This document shows, piece after piece, positions 14,016 to 27,074 of a DNA stretch of 64,000 bases. The notes beneath the pieces are model-generated. The model was not told where the DNA came from. It was given only the letters and a program-made list of their open reading frames with translations, and ran no database searches. Made by a program: the position numbers and the translations under genes. Origin of the DNA: Octopus vulgaris (taxonomy: Eukaryota); NCBI GenBank assembly GCA_951406725.2, contig OX597821.1:104532001-104596000 (forward strand). Direction: 5' to 3'. Positions within the stretch are counted from its first letter, which is position 1; each line of letters starts with the position of its first letter.

Positions 14016-14516
14016 GAACATGAAACGACATATAGGAGAAATTTAGCCTCTTAATAAGTGATGTTTGCATGGAAAACAGGGAACGTTTCGCGCAGAAAAT
14101 TACAAATGCCACCAGGTATTTAATGACAGATATAATTATGTAAATCATGTGAATTAATTCATTCTTCAGATATATACCTGTATGAAAATATGATTCACTT
14201 GAATGGATTTTATTAATATATGCATTCATCTGCATTTTGTATTTCAAATTAATGTGGAGTTAATTCTTAAGTTCTCAAGGGCCTAAAAAATCAATTTATT
14301 TTAACAAAATTTATTTTCATTATCTAAATCCATTTCTCATTCATAACACGTGACAGTCGACTGCAGTCACAGTCCCGCGTCTCTTTTGTACGTCATATCG
14401 AAATACTAAATTTACACGTTACTTACTGGTAAATTTTTGCGACGTCCATTGATGCAGGAAATCCAGTATGATGTTCTGTCTTCAACTGTCTGACAACTAT
14501 CTTCATAATATAGTGT

Positions 14517-14625
14517 GCAGGCGTGTGGTCTCGTGGTTAGGGTGTTGGATCTCCAAATGCAAGATCTTCGTTTCGGTTTCGGGTCCGCGTGTGGCATTGT
14601 CTTCTTGAGCATAAGCATATCAATT
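14517..14625 (+). mobile_element. SINE family D head, degenerate
   Basis: ggcgtgtggtctcgtggttagggtg...ttgtcttcttgagca. Confidence 0.55.
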
Positions 14626-15461
14626 GCTCCGGTACATTAACTCTATATGCCAGAACTCAGACAAACTGCTACACTTTTTTGGCGAATGGTGTGATCACAT
14701 TTTTGCTACACTTATATGGCGCATGGGGTATTAAAATGATCCTGCCATTGTGTAGCAAAAACTGCAGGGTATCAGTTAATTATAAGTTTCACAAACTTAT
14801 TGCAGCGACACGTAAGTTTTTCTAAGCCCTGTAAAAGTACACGGAAGGTGGGCTTCCAACGAAATCGTTCGCGATATCTTCAAAGCTAGAATCTTTTCCT
14901 CAACATCTCGTACATTCCACGGAAAATAGGTAACCAACTCTATGAGCCTCATGGCTGAAGTCAGTAACATTCATGAGATACAAATACTTATATTACAGGG
15001 ATTTTGAGAGATTCTTTCGTCGATATGTCTACAATTGGAAATATTGTGAATCATACAAACATTACGGAGCGCAAATGTACAATTTCCTATTCTGAGATTT
15101 TCATTCGATTCATTTGCAATACGTCTTAATTTCAAATATTCTTGAATTATGATAAAGCGGTGTTCACCGATTTTATCAAAAGTGTATGGAAATTATCAGT
15201 CACAATTCTCTCTTGACTAGACAAGAATTTTAATCTAAGAAACAAATGTCTTTTGCCAGAAAAAGAAAGTGAATCTCTTTTTCTCTTTGTTTTAAATTCA
15301 CCAGATTTTAACGCCTTCATTAGTGTTGCTTATTGTACTCTGCTATTATGAATTGGTTGGATGTGGTAAGCATAGAGACACACACAAGTTCACACAGATT
15401 TTAATGCATACATACATGCATACATAGCATACAAGGAAATATCTCTTACTCTGTATGTACT

Positions 15462-15473
15462 TATATATAACTA

Positions 15474-15529
<56 letters not shown>

Positions 15530-15585
15530 TAATGTATATGTATATATATATATATCTATATGTCTGTGCATATATATATACACAC

Positions 15586-15617
<32 letters not shown>

Positions 15618-15665
15618 TTATATATATATATATATAAATATATATATATACATACATATATAATA

Positions 15666-15717
<52 letters not shown>
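15462..15717. repeat. (TA)n-rich microsatellite
   Basis: Directly visible. Confidence 0.95.
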
Positions 15718-15718
<1 letters not shown>

Positions 15719-16269
15719 CAAATAATATATTGTTATGTTTCGCTATGGTCATTTAAAGGAAGAAAAAAACAACCGTCCACAAATATAACAATGACTGACA
15801 TAGCACATAATTTAACATGAGGAATCATGTAAAAGTTTTCTACACAAAAACATTTTTATAAAATAAATGTTTTCATCCTCAATTTTTGCCTTTAATGATG
15901 TCCATAAACACTAAATCATCACATAAGATAGTTCAACAATGAAGTATGAAAATCGACGCCTATCCCCTGAGTTTTTATTTAATCGAACCCATGCTCTAAA
16001 ATATACTGTATTCTATTTATTAACCCAGGTTCCAAAAGGATCTCTGAAGTCAACCTTTTCGTTTCATATTTTTACGGTTTTACCGTTAAGCATTTATCTT
16101 CTTGACTATATGGGATTGAGTGTTACTGATTTATCTGTCTCTCAATCTATTTTAACAGATTCCTAATAGAGTATATAATAATAACAAGTCAATTTTAACA
16201 TTGTCATGTTTTGTACATTTGCTTCTTTCATAAGCACATGCTTATAAGAATATCAAATAACCGTAAACT

Positions 16270-16382
16270 GCAAATTTCTATCTCGCCGTAGTCCGCCAGG
16301 ACATCCATTTGACACCGCTGGTCACAGCACGCTGTCCACTCCTCTCTGGATCGCACATTTCTCATCCACGTGATCCCAATCC
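16270..16382 (-). mobile_element. RTE LINE extreme 3' end (distal piece)
   Basis: RIGITWMRNVRSREEWTACC continues the 17633-17757 piece in frame once the insert is removed. Confidence 0.75.
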
Positions 16383-17632
16383 TGTTAAAGAACTTAGAGT
16401 GAGCGAATATCTTGTCTTGTACTTTCGGGGTACAAGAAAGCAATCACTCACTAGCCGTTGCTTTATAATCCAGAATCTCTGCCCGTCAGAAACAACAAGA
16501 CGCAGACGTAAAATATATATATACTACTTTATTCTCTTTCTTGGTAACAATAACAATAAGTGTGTTATCTGATGTCCTTGGTTCTGGGCGCGCAAGGCTG
16601 AAAGTTAATCGATTGTAATATTTACAATATTCAGCCGCTAAAAACCAGAACGGGTTCAAGATGGCGTCGAACAGGGAAGTTGAATGCGGTCGGCAACAAT
16701 TTGGTTAAAAGCTTTCGGCCGACTGCTATCAAAGCTGGACAGCTAGAAAATATACGTCCGTCCCCTTCTATCGCTGCTGTCCCAAGTCCTCGCTGCTGCT
16801 GCTAGCGGTCAAACGTTCTACGATCCCCCTGCCTTGGCCAGGGTCGTGCTTCCGGTGGTTCGCGCATGCGCGAGAGGGCCCTTCCTTTCTGTGCCTTGGT
16901 GAAGGCACCAACACCACACGCGCGAAATAGAAAATGGACGGTGCGCGAGCGCGCGCCGTTGTATAGGATCACTACAGAGCTCCACCCCAGTGCGTAAGCA
17001 CGACACAAAATTCCCTGTAGTGACTATAAAACTCAAGGTGGACACCACTGTAAGGAATATGTGAATATCTCCGCTTGCACTTTTGGGGTGCAAGTTGGTG
17101 CAATCACTTTCCGTTGCTTTTATATCCAGACTCTACCAGTCAAAGAAACACAAAACGCAGACGTAAAAAATAGATATACTTTATTGTTTTATACCGGTGA
17201 GAAATCAGTGGTATATCTGATGTCCTTGGTTCTGGGCGCGCAAGACTGAAAGTTAATCGATTGTAATATTTACAATGTTCAGCCGCCAAACAAACAGAAC
17301 GGGTCAAAAATGGCGTCCGGGTGAAGAAGATGATTTGACTGCAACAATTCGGGTTAAAAGTCTTCAGCCAAAAGACTGCTGCTATCAAAACCGGAGAGAG
17401 AGCGAATTAAACGTCTGCTTCGATGAAAAGGCTGCCGCTGTCTGTCGGACGCTAATGGTCAACCTTTACGCTCCCTTGCCTCTTTGTTAAGGCTCACGCT
17501 CCCTTGCCTAAGGCTACGTCAGCAAGGCCACGTCAGCTAAGGCCACGTCAGCAAAATTCCCTCTTTCGGACTTCGTGTATTCGCGAGAGGGCGTTGCGCG
17601 CGCGCGCTGTTGTATAGGATCACTTCACTACA
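16383..17632 (-). mobile_element. Non-autonomous two-LTR mini-retroelement (TRIM-like): LTRs 17049-17632 and 16383-16976, 72-bp internal region
   Basis: Both repeats run TG...CA; on the minus strand PBS-like gTGGtgtccacc follows the 5' LTR and PPT-like actggggtggagctc precedes the 3' LTR; AATAAA in both; 4-bp TSD atcc/gtcc. Confidence 0.85.
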
Positions 17633-17757
17633 GTCCTCTTGAAATTGTAATTCCACTGTCGTGGAGGCCTTCCGGGTGGTTATTACCGCTCACGCGGGTA
17701 CCACTCGACAACGGCGCGGGTCCATCGATTATCGGTGAGCCGGGAGACGTGTCCAAT
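17633..17757 (-). mobile_element. RTE LINE C-terminal fragment (proximal piece)
   Basis: GHVSRLTDNRWTRAVVEWYPRER*.PPGRPPRQW. Confidence 0.8.
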
Positions 17758-18054
17758 AAATATATATATATATATATATATATATGAGTGTGTGTATGTG
17801 TGTGTGTGTGTGTGTGTGTTTGTGTGTGTGTTTAAGTATGTGTATTCGTACATACATATACAGCTATGTATATGCATCAGCAGTTGAACCAACTCATCAT
17901 ATCAGTCACACATATACAAACACCGGCAACACTCTCGAATCAAAATGCCTTATCAGTTTCTTAGCAACTGGTTTCAAATCTTTCAACAAGAACTTATATA
18001 AATTCAGAGAACAAATCACACATGCATATCATACAAAAACACACACACACACAC

Positions 18055-18169
<115 letters not shown>

Positions 18170-18174
18170 CGCTC

Positions 18175-18207
<33 letters not shown>

Positions 18208-18552
18208 TGTATGTATGTATGCATGTATTTATCTATATATCTATTTATCTATCTATCTATATATATATCTAACTAACTATTGAAGTGTAGGAAGAAATAT
18301 AGCTTCAAGCAATCCGTTGTAAATAAAGAAAAAAACTTTAAGAGACGATAGTGATATATGGAGTGGGAGGGTTGTGGATTATCCAAACGACAATGTCTCT
18401 AATTGGGACAGAGTAAACATCATTTAACCAATATATTCTTGGCCTGATGATGCCCGCCACGGTACACTTTGCTTGGATGTTCACCACTACCGAGGTTCCA
18501 CTCCCTATGTAACATACGTAGCTTTATCTTATCTCCTCTATTCCTTAACTCT

Positions 18553-18605
<53 letters not shown>

Positions 18606-18609
<4 letters not shown>

Positions 18610-18835
18610 AAATAAGTCAAAATAGGAAATGCTAAAATCATTTTATAAAGAACATTTCAGTACCGGTTTCAGTCATTTTGAGACCTTTTCAACTGTAACG
18701 ATTAAATAATTAAAGTTAGAAAAATTAAAAGAAATGTTTTTTGAAAGGAATATTTGTATAGTGTTCAAATATAAGTGACATTTTCCTTGTTTCTGCCTTG
18801 CTCTGTCTCTCTTGTTCACACTTGTCGGTTGGAGG
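18606..18835 (-). mobile_element. Solo pLTR-like unit embedded in (TA)n
   Basis: About 230 bp of complex sequence between TA tracts, containing a hammerhead motif. Confidence 0.65.
18658..18695 (-). ncRNA. Minimal hammerhead ribozyme motif, U3:A8 core variant
   Basis: Minus strand: cag-TTGAAAA-ggtc tcaaaat gact-GAAAC CG GTA-ctg; all three stems pair. Confidence 0.75.
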
Positions 18836-19315
18836 TATATATATATATATATATATATATTTTACCCTGGCTCTTAAACTTATAAAGTATATATATATAT
18901 ATATATGCGAATAAAAATATAGATATATAGAACGGCCTATCTAGAATATATATACAATTGACTAAAAATCGAAAGCGTGTCATACAGTTAAAGATCTAAA
19001 TAAAATAAAATGGCAATCGACTTAAAAACATTTTCTTACTTACCTCAAACAAATAAGTATGTCAAAAAAGTTCATTTACTAAATATTATTTAGCTTTACG
19101 GGATTTTGAAACCGGATAGTAAAAATTCCTATTATTAGCAGTCAGCTGCATGTTTATCAATGAAGCAATTTTTCTTTTTTTTTTCTTTTTTTTTTTTTTG
19201 GAATACTCTATTTGTTTGAGTTCTGAATTTCGTAATTCTTGGCCACGGTCTTGGATTGTTGTTGCATGTTGTAGGCATTCTCTTCGAGACAGTCCGTTGC
19301 TGAAGCATTCATAGT

Positions 19316-19698
19316 GGAGGCGCAATGGCCCAGTGGTTAGGGCAGCGGACTCGCGGTCATAGGATCGTGGTTTAGATTCCCAGACCGGGCGTTGTGAGTG
19401 TTTATTGAACGAAAACACCTAAAGCTCCACGAGGCTCCGGCAGGGGATGGTGGTGATCCCTGCAGTACTCTTTCACTACAACTTTCTCTCACTCTTACTT
19501 CCTGTTTCTGTTGTACCTGTATTTCAAAGGGCCGGCCTTGTCACTCTCTGTGTCACGCTGAATATCCCCGAGAACTACGTTAAGAGTACACGTGTCTGTG
19601 GAGTGCTCAGCCACTTACACGTTAATTTCACGAGCAGGCTGTTCCGTTGATTCGGATCAACCGGAACCCTCGTCGTCGTAACCGACGGAGTGCTTCCA
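19316..19698 (+). mobile_element. tRNA-derived SINE family C, full length
   Basis: A box tggcccagtgg, B-box-like gtttagattcc; imperfect TSD gctgaagcatt/gttgaagcatt; close copy at 50341. Confidence 0.9.
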
Positions 19699-19699
19699 C

Positions 19700-20180
19700 T
19701 GTTGAAGCATTGTGTATCACGTTTGAAAATTGTATTTGAGTGACTTGCGTGTTGTTTCCTGTTTTCTCCTCATTGTGGGACTGAGCAGTTTGTATTTCAA
19801 TATGGAAAACGGTGAGAGCTACGCAAGGGCCGCTGCAGTAAGTGCGGCTCCGTCGTTGGACCTGAAACAGATAATGGTGAATATGGAGGAGGTACGAAAA
19901 GATGAACGCTATATACGAAAGAAACTAGTCTCTCCAGAAGAAGCGGTCGGGGATAGGAGTAATCGGGATGTAGGCAGTCGTCACCAATAAAATTGCGATC
20001 CAATCGGAGGATGGCGTGGAAGCAGGTAATGGGAGTGATGGTTTTGTTAGCCCCAAAGGAAAAAAAGAGGTGACAGCGAGGCAAGGCTCTGGAAGACCAG
20101 CAACGGAACCGGATGGGACATCCAAAGAAGGGGAAGGACCGCCTATATTTAAACATACGCAGACGATTGAAACAGAACCA
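19700..20180 (+). mobile_element. Possible L1/Tx1-type LINE 5' end and ORF1 remnant
   Basis: MENGESYARAAA...DGFVSPKGKK resembles ORF1 motifs; short and frameshifted. Confidence 0.35.
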
Positions 20181-20292
20181 GGATCTTTTCGGTTTGAACG
20201 GCAGTTTTTCCTAGCGGTGTCATAAAATTGTAACCCATAATTATGACCCTTGTATCGATCTATTGCATTTCAATCTGTTTTAGGGTTAGGGT
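20181..20292. mobile_element. Truncated MITE copy (same family as 11536), opposite orientation
   Basis: Reverse complement of about 11835-11948; ends at ttagggttaggg. Confidence 0.85.
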
Positions 20293-20330
20293 TTTGTCTT
20301 GGCTATTGAATAATTGTCACGTATTATTTT

Positions 20331-20387
<57 letters not shown>

Positions 20388-21402
20388 TATGCATATATAT
20401 GTATATACATATGTATACATACATATACATACATATATATTACAGGTATGTGTACTGTAAAAGTAAATTGAAATAAGTGATGCTTATGTGTTCGAAATTT
20501 GCTGATAATAGCAATTTATTCTTAATTGAGCATCTGCTTACCGTACTGAATTAGAACACGTGTGGTAATGGTTGTGATGATGATGATGATGATGATGGCA
20601 ACGATTATGATGTGGCGATGACGATGATTATAACGATGATGGTCGGTGGTGGTGCTGATAGTGCTGGTGCAGACGCAATGAGATTGCATATAAGATTTTA
20701 ATTTCCATTAAAACTTCGAACGCGTCATTTTCAGTTCGAGACTGACGATTTATTGATACGACAGTCCAACGTTTGTGTCATATGCCTGACGTATGAAACA
20801 TTTGCCTGCCGTATTAACAATTCTGGCAGCTGGCAGCCCTAAAAACTTAAGGGATAAAATATTATCCAATGAATTTCTCGTGAAAACTACGAAGATAACG
20901 TGACTTTGAGCACCTACTGAAAGAGAATTATTATTAATAGGAGTGATATTCTCCAAGAACATTTAAATTAGAAAATATTGCAAATTAAGTTTTTCATTGC
21001 GGGCTGCGAGCCGTTTATATTTCTGGAGACAAGCTATTGCTTACTGAGCATCCATCTTCCAAAAGGATAGCCCGCGCATATCATTGATTTAGGTAAACCC
21101 AGATATTAGAATTTGTTTACGTACGATAAAAAGCAGAATGCCTCACGGCATTCGGTGATTTGCGTTACTGCGAGAAAATTGCGTCAATGAAATAGATATC
21201 TCGATTAGAAGCGAAGAACTCTATGCTAAATGCCTCACAATATTCAGAAATGCGTGTGCGTGTAGGTGTATGCAAGTATACACTTAGGGATGGGCATGAG
21301 TATAAATAAGTTTGTAAATATAAACGTACGTACGTACATACACACTCACACACATATATAGACACATATTTATAGACACATATATATATATATAGGCATG
21401 AG

Positions 21403-21468
<66 letters not shown>

Positions 21469-21473
21469 TATAT

Positions 21474-21504
<31 letters not shown>

Positions 21505-22296
21505 GACGTATATATATAATATATATAGACCTTATATATATATATATATTAAAATAGTATTAAAACTATGTAAGTGTGCGTATTTTCCTATTTTCATTTC
21601 CGATATATATATATATATATGATTCTTATTGAATATGTGTGTGTACTTTTCTATTTTGTATATGTGTTGCCTACGCTGCTGTCTTTTGACTGTATATTCT
21701 TGTAGACAATGACGTATTAGGCTGTGAAGAGATTGTGCTATACGAGGCGTAATGTCAAGGTAAGCCATTTTGAATTATAGCTGAGTAAACCAAACGGGAA
21801 TATAATGCATGTGAATGCGTCTCGAGACATTGCTCAGAACAATAAAGTGTTACCCTGAAAAGAATACAGAAACGTGTGTCTTTCCAAGCAGCAAACTGAT
21901 CTTTCACTGGGATCATTAATGTGTTTCTTTGAGAACACTTAGTGAGGGTGAAGAAAATTATATGTATTTTAAACACTTGGATTTACTTTAGGATCCAGCG
22001 ACAATATTTTATATTATATTAGCACTGGAGCGAGGGGATGGGATGCGTACATGCATATCTGTTGAAAAGGTTGATATGACATTTTGGATTTAATGCCGAC
22101 GTAGGCTTTCTATGCAGATCTCAGAGACATTATCTCCGATATGTAAATATATACAGTGCATTGTACATAAGGAATAAAATCTCTATGGCCCAGTAAGTAA
22201 TTGTCATGGCGCAAACATAAACACGCCACTCAGAAACAGATCATAAGTAAGCAAAAATATATACACAAACGCTCGACGACACCTAAACACGCAATC

Positions 22297-22307
22297 ATGT
22301 ATATGTC

Positions 22308-22373
<66 letters not shown>

Positions 22374-22423
22374 TATATATATATATATATATATACACAT
22401 ATATACATACATATATATGTATG

Positions 22424-22461
<38 letters not shown>

Positions 22462-22481
22462 TACATACATATATATGTATG

Positions 22482-22545
<64 letters not shown>

Positions 22546-22630
22546 CACACATATATATATATGTATGCATATATATGTGGATTTATATGTGCGTGTATAT
22601 ATATACACACATATACATATATACACATAT
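22297..22630. repeat. (TA)n compound microsatellite
   Basis: Directly visible. Confidence 0.95.
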
Positions 22631-22837
22631 GCCTGTCAATGTTTGTGTGTATGTATATGTGTTTGCGAATGTGTGGTGTGTGTATGTATATGTGTTTGCG
22701 AATGTGTGGTGTGCCTATGTATACACAAATTGAAAGCTTTGACACTTGCATATATACATATGCAATTGTTAAATACTCTGTACATTTTAAATGTGCAGAT
22801 GTCTTTTTCTGGATATAATTTTATACAAAACGTTATA

Positions 22838-23224
22838 GGTGCAGGAATGGGTGTGTGGTAAGTAACTTGCTTACCAACCACATTGTTCCGGGTTCAGTCC
22901 CACTGCGTAGCACATTGGGCAAGTGTATTCTACTATAGCCTCGGGTCCAGCAAAGCCTTGTGAGTGGATTTGGTAGACTGAAACTGAAAGAAGCCCGTCA
23001 TATATATGAATATGTATGTTTATGTGTGTCAACATCGCTTGACAACCGATGGTAGTGTGTTTACGTCCCCGTAACTAAGCAGTTCGGCAAAAATAAGACC
23101 GATAGAATTAGCACTAGTCTTCCAACGAACAAGTTCTGGGGTCGATTTGCTCGACTAAAGGCGGTGCACCAGCATGGCCGAAGTAAAATGACTGAAATAA
23201 GTAAAAGATTAAAATAATAAAGAG
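22838..23224 (+). mobile_element. SINE family A, full length
   Basis: ggtgcaggaatgggtgtgtggtaag..ccgggttcagtccc..cagcatggcc..aagtaaaaga. Confidence 0.9.
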
Positions 23225-23227
23225 TAT

Positions 23228-23600
23228 TGGTTTCAAATTTTAACACAATGCGAGCAAGTTTTTTTTTTTGGTGGGGGGGATAAGTCTTTTACATCGTCAC
23301 CCACTCACAACTAGTTCTTATTTTATCGCTAACGAAAAGATGAAAAGCAAAGATGATTTCGGCCGAATTTGAGTTCACAGTATTCAAACGGATAAAGAAC
23401 AGCTAAAAATTGTGTTCGGCGTTCTAACATTTCTGTAACCTCACACCCTTGGGCAGGTTGGATAGTGGTTTCAAGTTTTGACACCAAACCAGCGACATCG
23501 AGGAAGGAGATAAGTCGATTGCAACTGGTACTTATTTTATCGACCAGGAGACGATGAAAGGCAAAGCCAAACTCGGCGGAATTTGAACTGTGAACGCAAA
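23228..23600 (-). mobile_element. Two degenerate SINE family B copies
   Basis: tattttatcg..gatgaaaggcaaag..ctcggcggaatttgaact occurs twice. Confidence 0.7.
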
Positions 23601-24270
23601 GATAATAAAGGGATAATCTATGCTAACAATAGCAATGCACCTTCCACCAAATATATTTTGATGACTTGTTGAATTTTATCATCAGCAATAAGTAAGATAA
23701 TTGGTGAATAATGTGACAATCCCAGAAATCGTTTTATTTTTGAACCCTTAGGCACAGTCTAACTAGTGCATTGGAGATATCAATAGCTCCTATTATATGT
23801 ACTAGAGAATTAGAGGCTGCGAAAGTATCAAATCAATGTTATTGCGATACCAGGTGGATTGGCAGCGTTAAGCATACCAAAATAAATAAAGAGTACATGT
23901 GATGACACGCATAGTAAACTTGTAGTTCTACAGTATTTATTTACGAAAGAGAAGAATCAGTGGACAAAGCATCACACCAGCTGAGAATGTACGAGTAACA
24001 CCATTTGTTGATATCTGTGTGTAGCCAACTCTATATGATAGAACGTATCCAATGTCAACCTTTAAACTTGGAACCAGGTAGCATCATTTCTCATTTAAAA
24101 AAAAATGAATTATTGAGTATGTGAATTTTACGAAAGAAAGTATAATTTCAAATTTTTAACATTGGAAGCATATAATTTACAGGAATATTGATTCAAAACC
24201 AGAAAACGAAAGTAGAAGATTACGCTGTACATTTCGATTCATGCAAGGATGTTTAGAAAGCATACATATA

Positions 24271-24625
24271 GGCACACAAGTGGCTGTGTGGTAAGTAGCT
24301 TGCTTACCAACCACATGGTTCCGGGTTCAGTCCCACTGCATGGCACCTTGCGCAAGTGTCTTCTACTATAGCCTCGGGCCGACTAAAGCCTTGTCAGTGG
24401 ATTTGGTAGACGGAAACTGAAAGAACTGTGTTTGTCCCGCCATCATCGCTTGGCAACCAATGGTAGTGTGTTTACGTCGCCGTAACTTAGCCTTTCGGCA
24501 TAAGCGACCGATAGTAAAAATCAAGAGGCTTACAAAAAAAAAGCCCTGGGGTCGATTTGCTCGTCTAAAGATGGTGCTCCAGCATGGCCTCAGTCAAATG
24601 ACTGAAAGAAGTAAAAGAATAGAGT
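24271..24625 (+). mobile_element. SINE family A lacking the internal microsatellite
   Basis: gaaactgaaagaa joins directly to ctgtgtttgtcc. Confidence 0.9.
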
Positions 24626-24871
24626 AATATATATATATATATGTATATTGTCCCAGCATGGCCACAGCTCATTAGCTGAAACTGGAAAAATCAAATCAAA
24701 ATCAAATCATATATATAAATTTAATTAGAGATAAAATCACTATTAGGCAACTCAATTGTGCCTAATAGTGCCTTATTAAATTTATATTGTAAAATTTGAT
24801 TTAATCTTAAATCTAATTTTCCCTGTAAGTTTGGATATACTCCCTAATATTATATTAATAATAATAATAAT

Positions 24872-24925
<54 letters not shown>

Positions 24926-25019
24926 ATACATATACATATATATATATATATATACATATATACATATATACATATACATATATATACATATATACATATA
25001 TACATATACACATATATAC

Positions 25020-25062
<43 letters not shown>

Positions 25063-26532
25063 TGTATGTATTTTTATGAAGAGTCAGTTTTTACACATGT
25101 TATACAACTGGTTAGGTCCTGCTGTTTATTTGGTTACATGGACGTCTATTCTGAAACGAAACTTATGCACTTCATTAGATTACCGAACGGGATCTTGAAG
25201 AACTAAAATTCGGCATCAAGCCTAACATATATTTCAGAAATGAGACATAAGACGGAGATATGAGAATATAAAGTTTCAGATGAAGCATTTAGTCTCAATG
25301 GACAACTCTCATTTCCAAGAATCTAAAACATCATTTTCTTGGCAACAAAACATCACCGTAAATATAATCATATAATGATATGATCCTGATGCAATTCTTA
25401 CAGCTTTCTCAATTTTTATTTAGTTTTGTGCCGGCCACCATACATATCCGCAATTCTAGTAACAAACATAAAAGAACCGTGATGGCTAGTATAATTAAGA
25501 AAAAATTTGATCGCAAAAGCGCATTTAATTCCAGCTTTTCATTTATTTGAAATATTAATAATTATTCAAAGTCAGGTAAGTGAAGTCAAACAGTAGATAA
25601 AAACAACAAGATATTGAAGATTAAAAAATAAACAATCACCTAGAATTAAATGTTATTGATTTTATTTCGAATTAATAATCTTTTTTTGAATTTCCTTTGT
25701 TTGTATTACATACATAAAAGGAATTTGAAATTAAACTAAAATGCTGACACTCACAATTACATTTCTATTCATATTATAATTAAAAATGTTTAAGTAAAGC
25801 ACAAAAATATTTCATTAAAAGACAAAACTGAAATAACCAAACAGATAATGAAAATGTACACGAAAATTTGGACGTTTACATGACTGCAAATAGGATTTAA
25901 ATGTAATTTCTAAATCTTGTCAAATAAATGAACGATATTATTTTTAATTATTCATATTATTTAGAAAATATTCATGCATGAACAAAATATGCAACAATAC
26001 TATCCCCCTCTCTCTGTTTCTGTCTGTCTGTCATTCTATCTACGTATCGGTGGATGTGTTTAAATGTCCGTTCCTATATTTTCACCCACACAGGCAACCC
26101 TCTGAATTCGTGCATATCTATATACGCTTTTATATACGGAAACACACACATATACATATGCACGTGAATATGTTTGATAAGAGATACATTCACACGTGAA
26201 TTATGTACATATGCCTCAACGTATGCATATTATATAGATGTGAATATCTGTGCCTTTAGGTAAGAATACAATCAATTTAATCTATTTTTAACATGGAATA
26301 ATTGAAATGAATGCATATCGACTCATACTTTACGTAAACTGAAAAACGTACCACAAATATACATCATTGTCGTAATAGAATTTGCTAGAAATCATTATAG
26401 TGGCAAATTCATCAATGAATTTTTATACATAATGGAAATAAATGTTGTTCAGATCTAATAACTTAAGTAATACAATTGTAGCTGCTGTCTTGTTTGAATG
26501 TATATATACATGCATACATGCATAGGCACTAC

Positions 26533-26661
26533 GTATGTATGTATGCATGTATGTATGTATGTATGTATGTATGTATGTATGTATGTATGTATGTATGTAT
26601 GTATGTATGTATGTATGTATGTATGTATGTATGTATGTATGTATGTATGTATGTATGTATG

Positions 26662-26693
<32 letters not shown>

Positions 26694-26746
26694 TGCATGT
26701 ATGTATGTATGTATGTATGTATGTATGTATGTATGTATGTATGTAT
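26533..26746. repeat. (TATG)n microsatellite
   Basis: Directly visible. Confidence 0.95.
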
Positions 26747-26754
26747 TTATGCAT

Positions 26755-26980
26755 GTATAACAAAGAACGAACAGTCAAGACATGTGGTATTACATTAGAG
26801 TGTGTGTCGCTAGCCAATTCACATTCTTTATTTTCTCTACTTGTTTCGTACTGTGTTCCTTTCTGTGGCAGAGCATAGTCTCGAAACGTTAAACACATTT
26901 TCACTTCCCGAACGTTATAGTAATACATATGTTTGTTGTCTACATCACCTGTCTTCGTCTTTTTTTTGTGAATTCTCCCT
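26755..26980 (+). mobile_element. pLTR-like unit with a degenerate hammerhead motif (26860-26893)
   Basis: ttt-CTGTGGCA-gagc atag tctc-GAAACGTT-aaa; non-canonical core. Confidence 0.5.
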
Positions 26981-27016
26981 ATATATATATACACACACAC
27001 ATACATATATACATAC

Positions 27017-27070
<54 letters not shown>

Positions 27071-27074
<4 letters not shown>

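Noticed and set aside
18420-18555. CTGATGA at 18444 in a TA-flanked island
   Set aside because: No matching GAAA arm
19316-19395. tRNA gene
   Set aside because: A and B boxes belong to a SINE head followed by a SINE body; no complete cloverleaf
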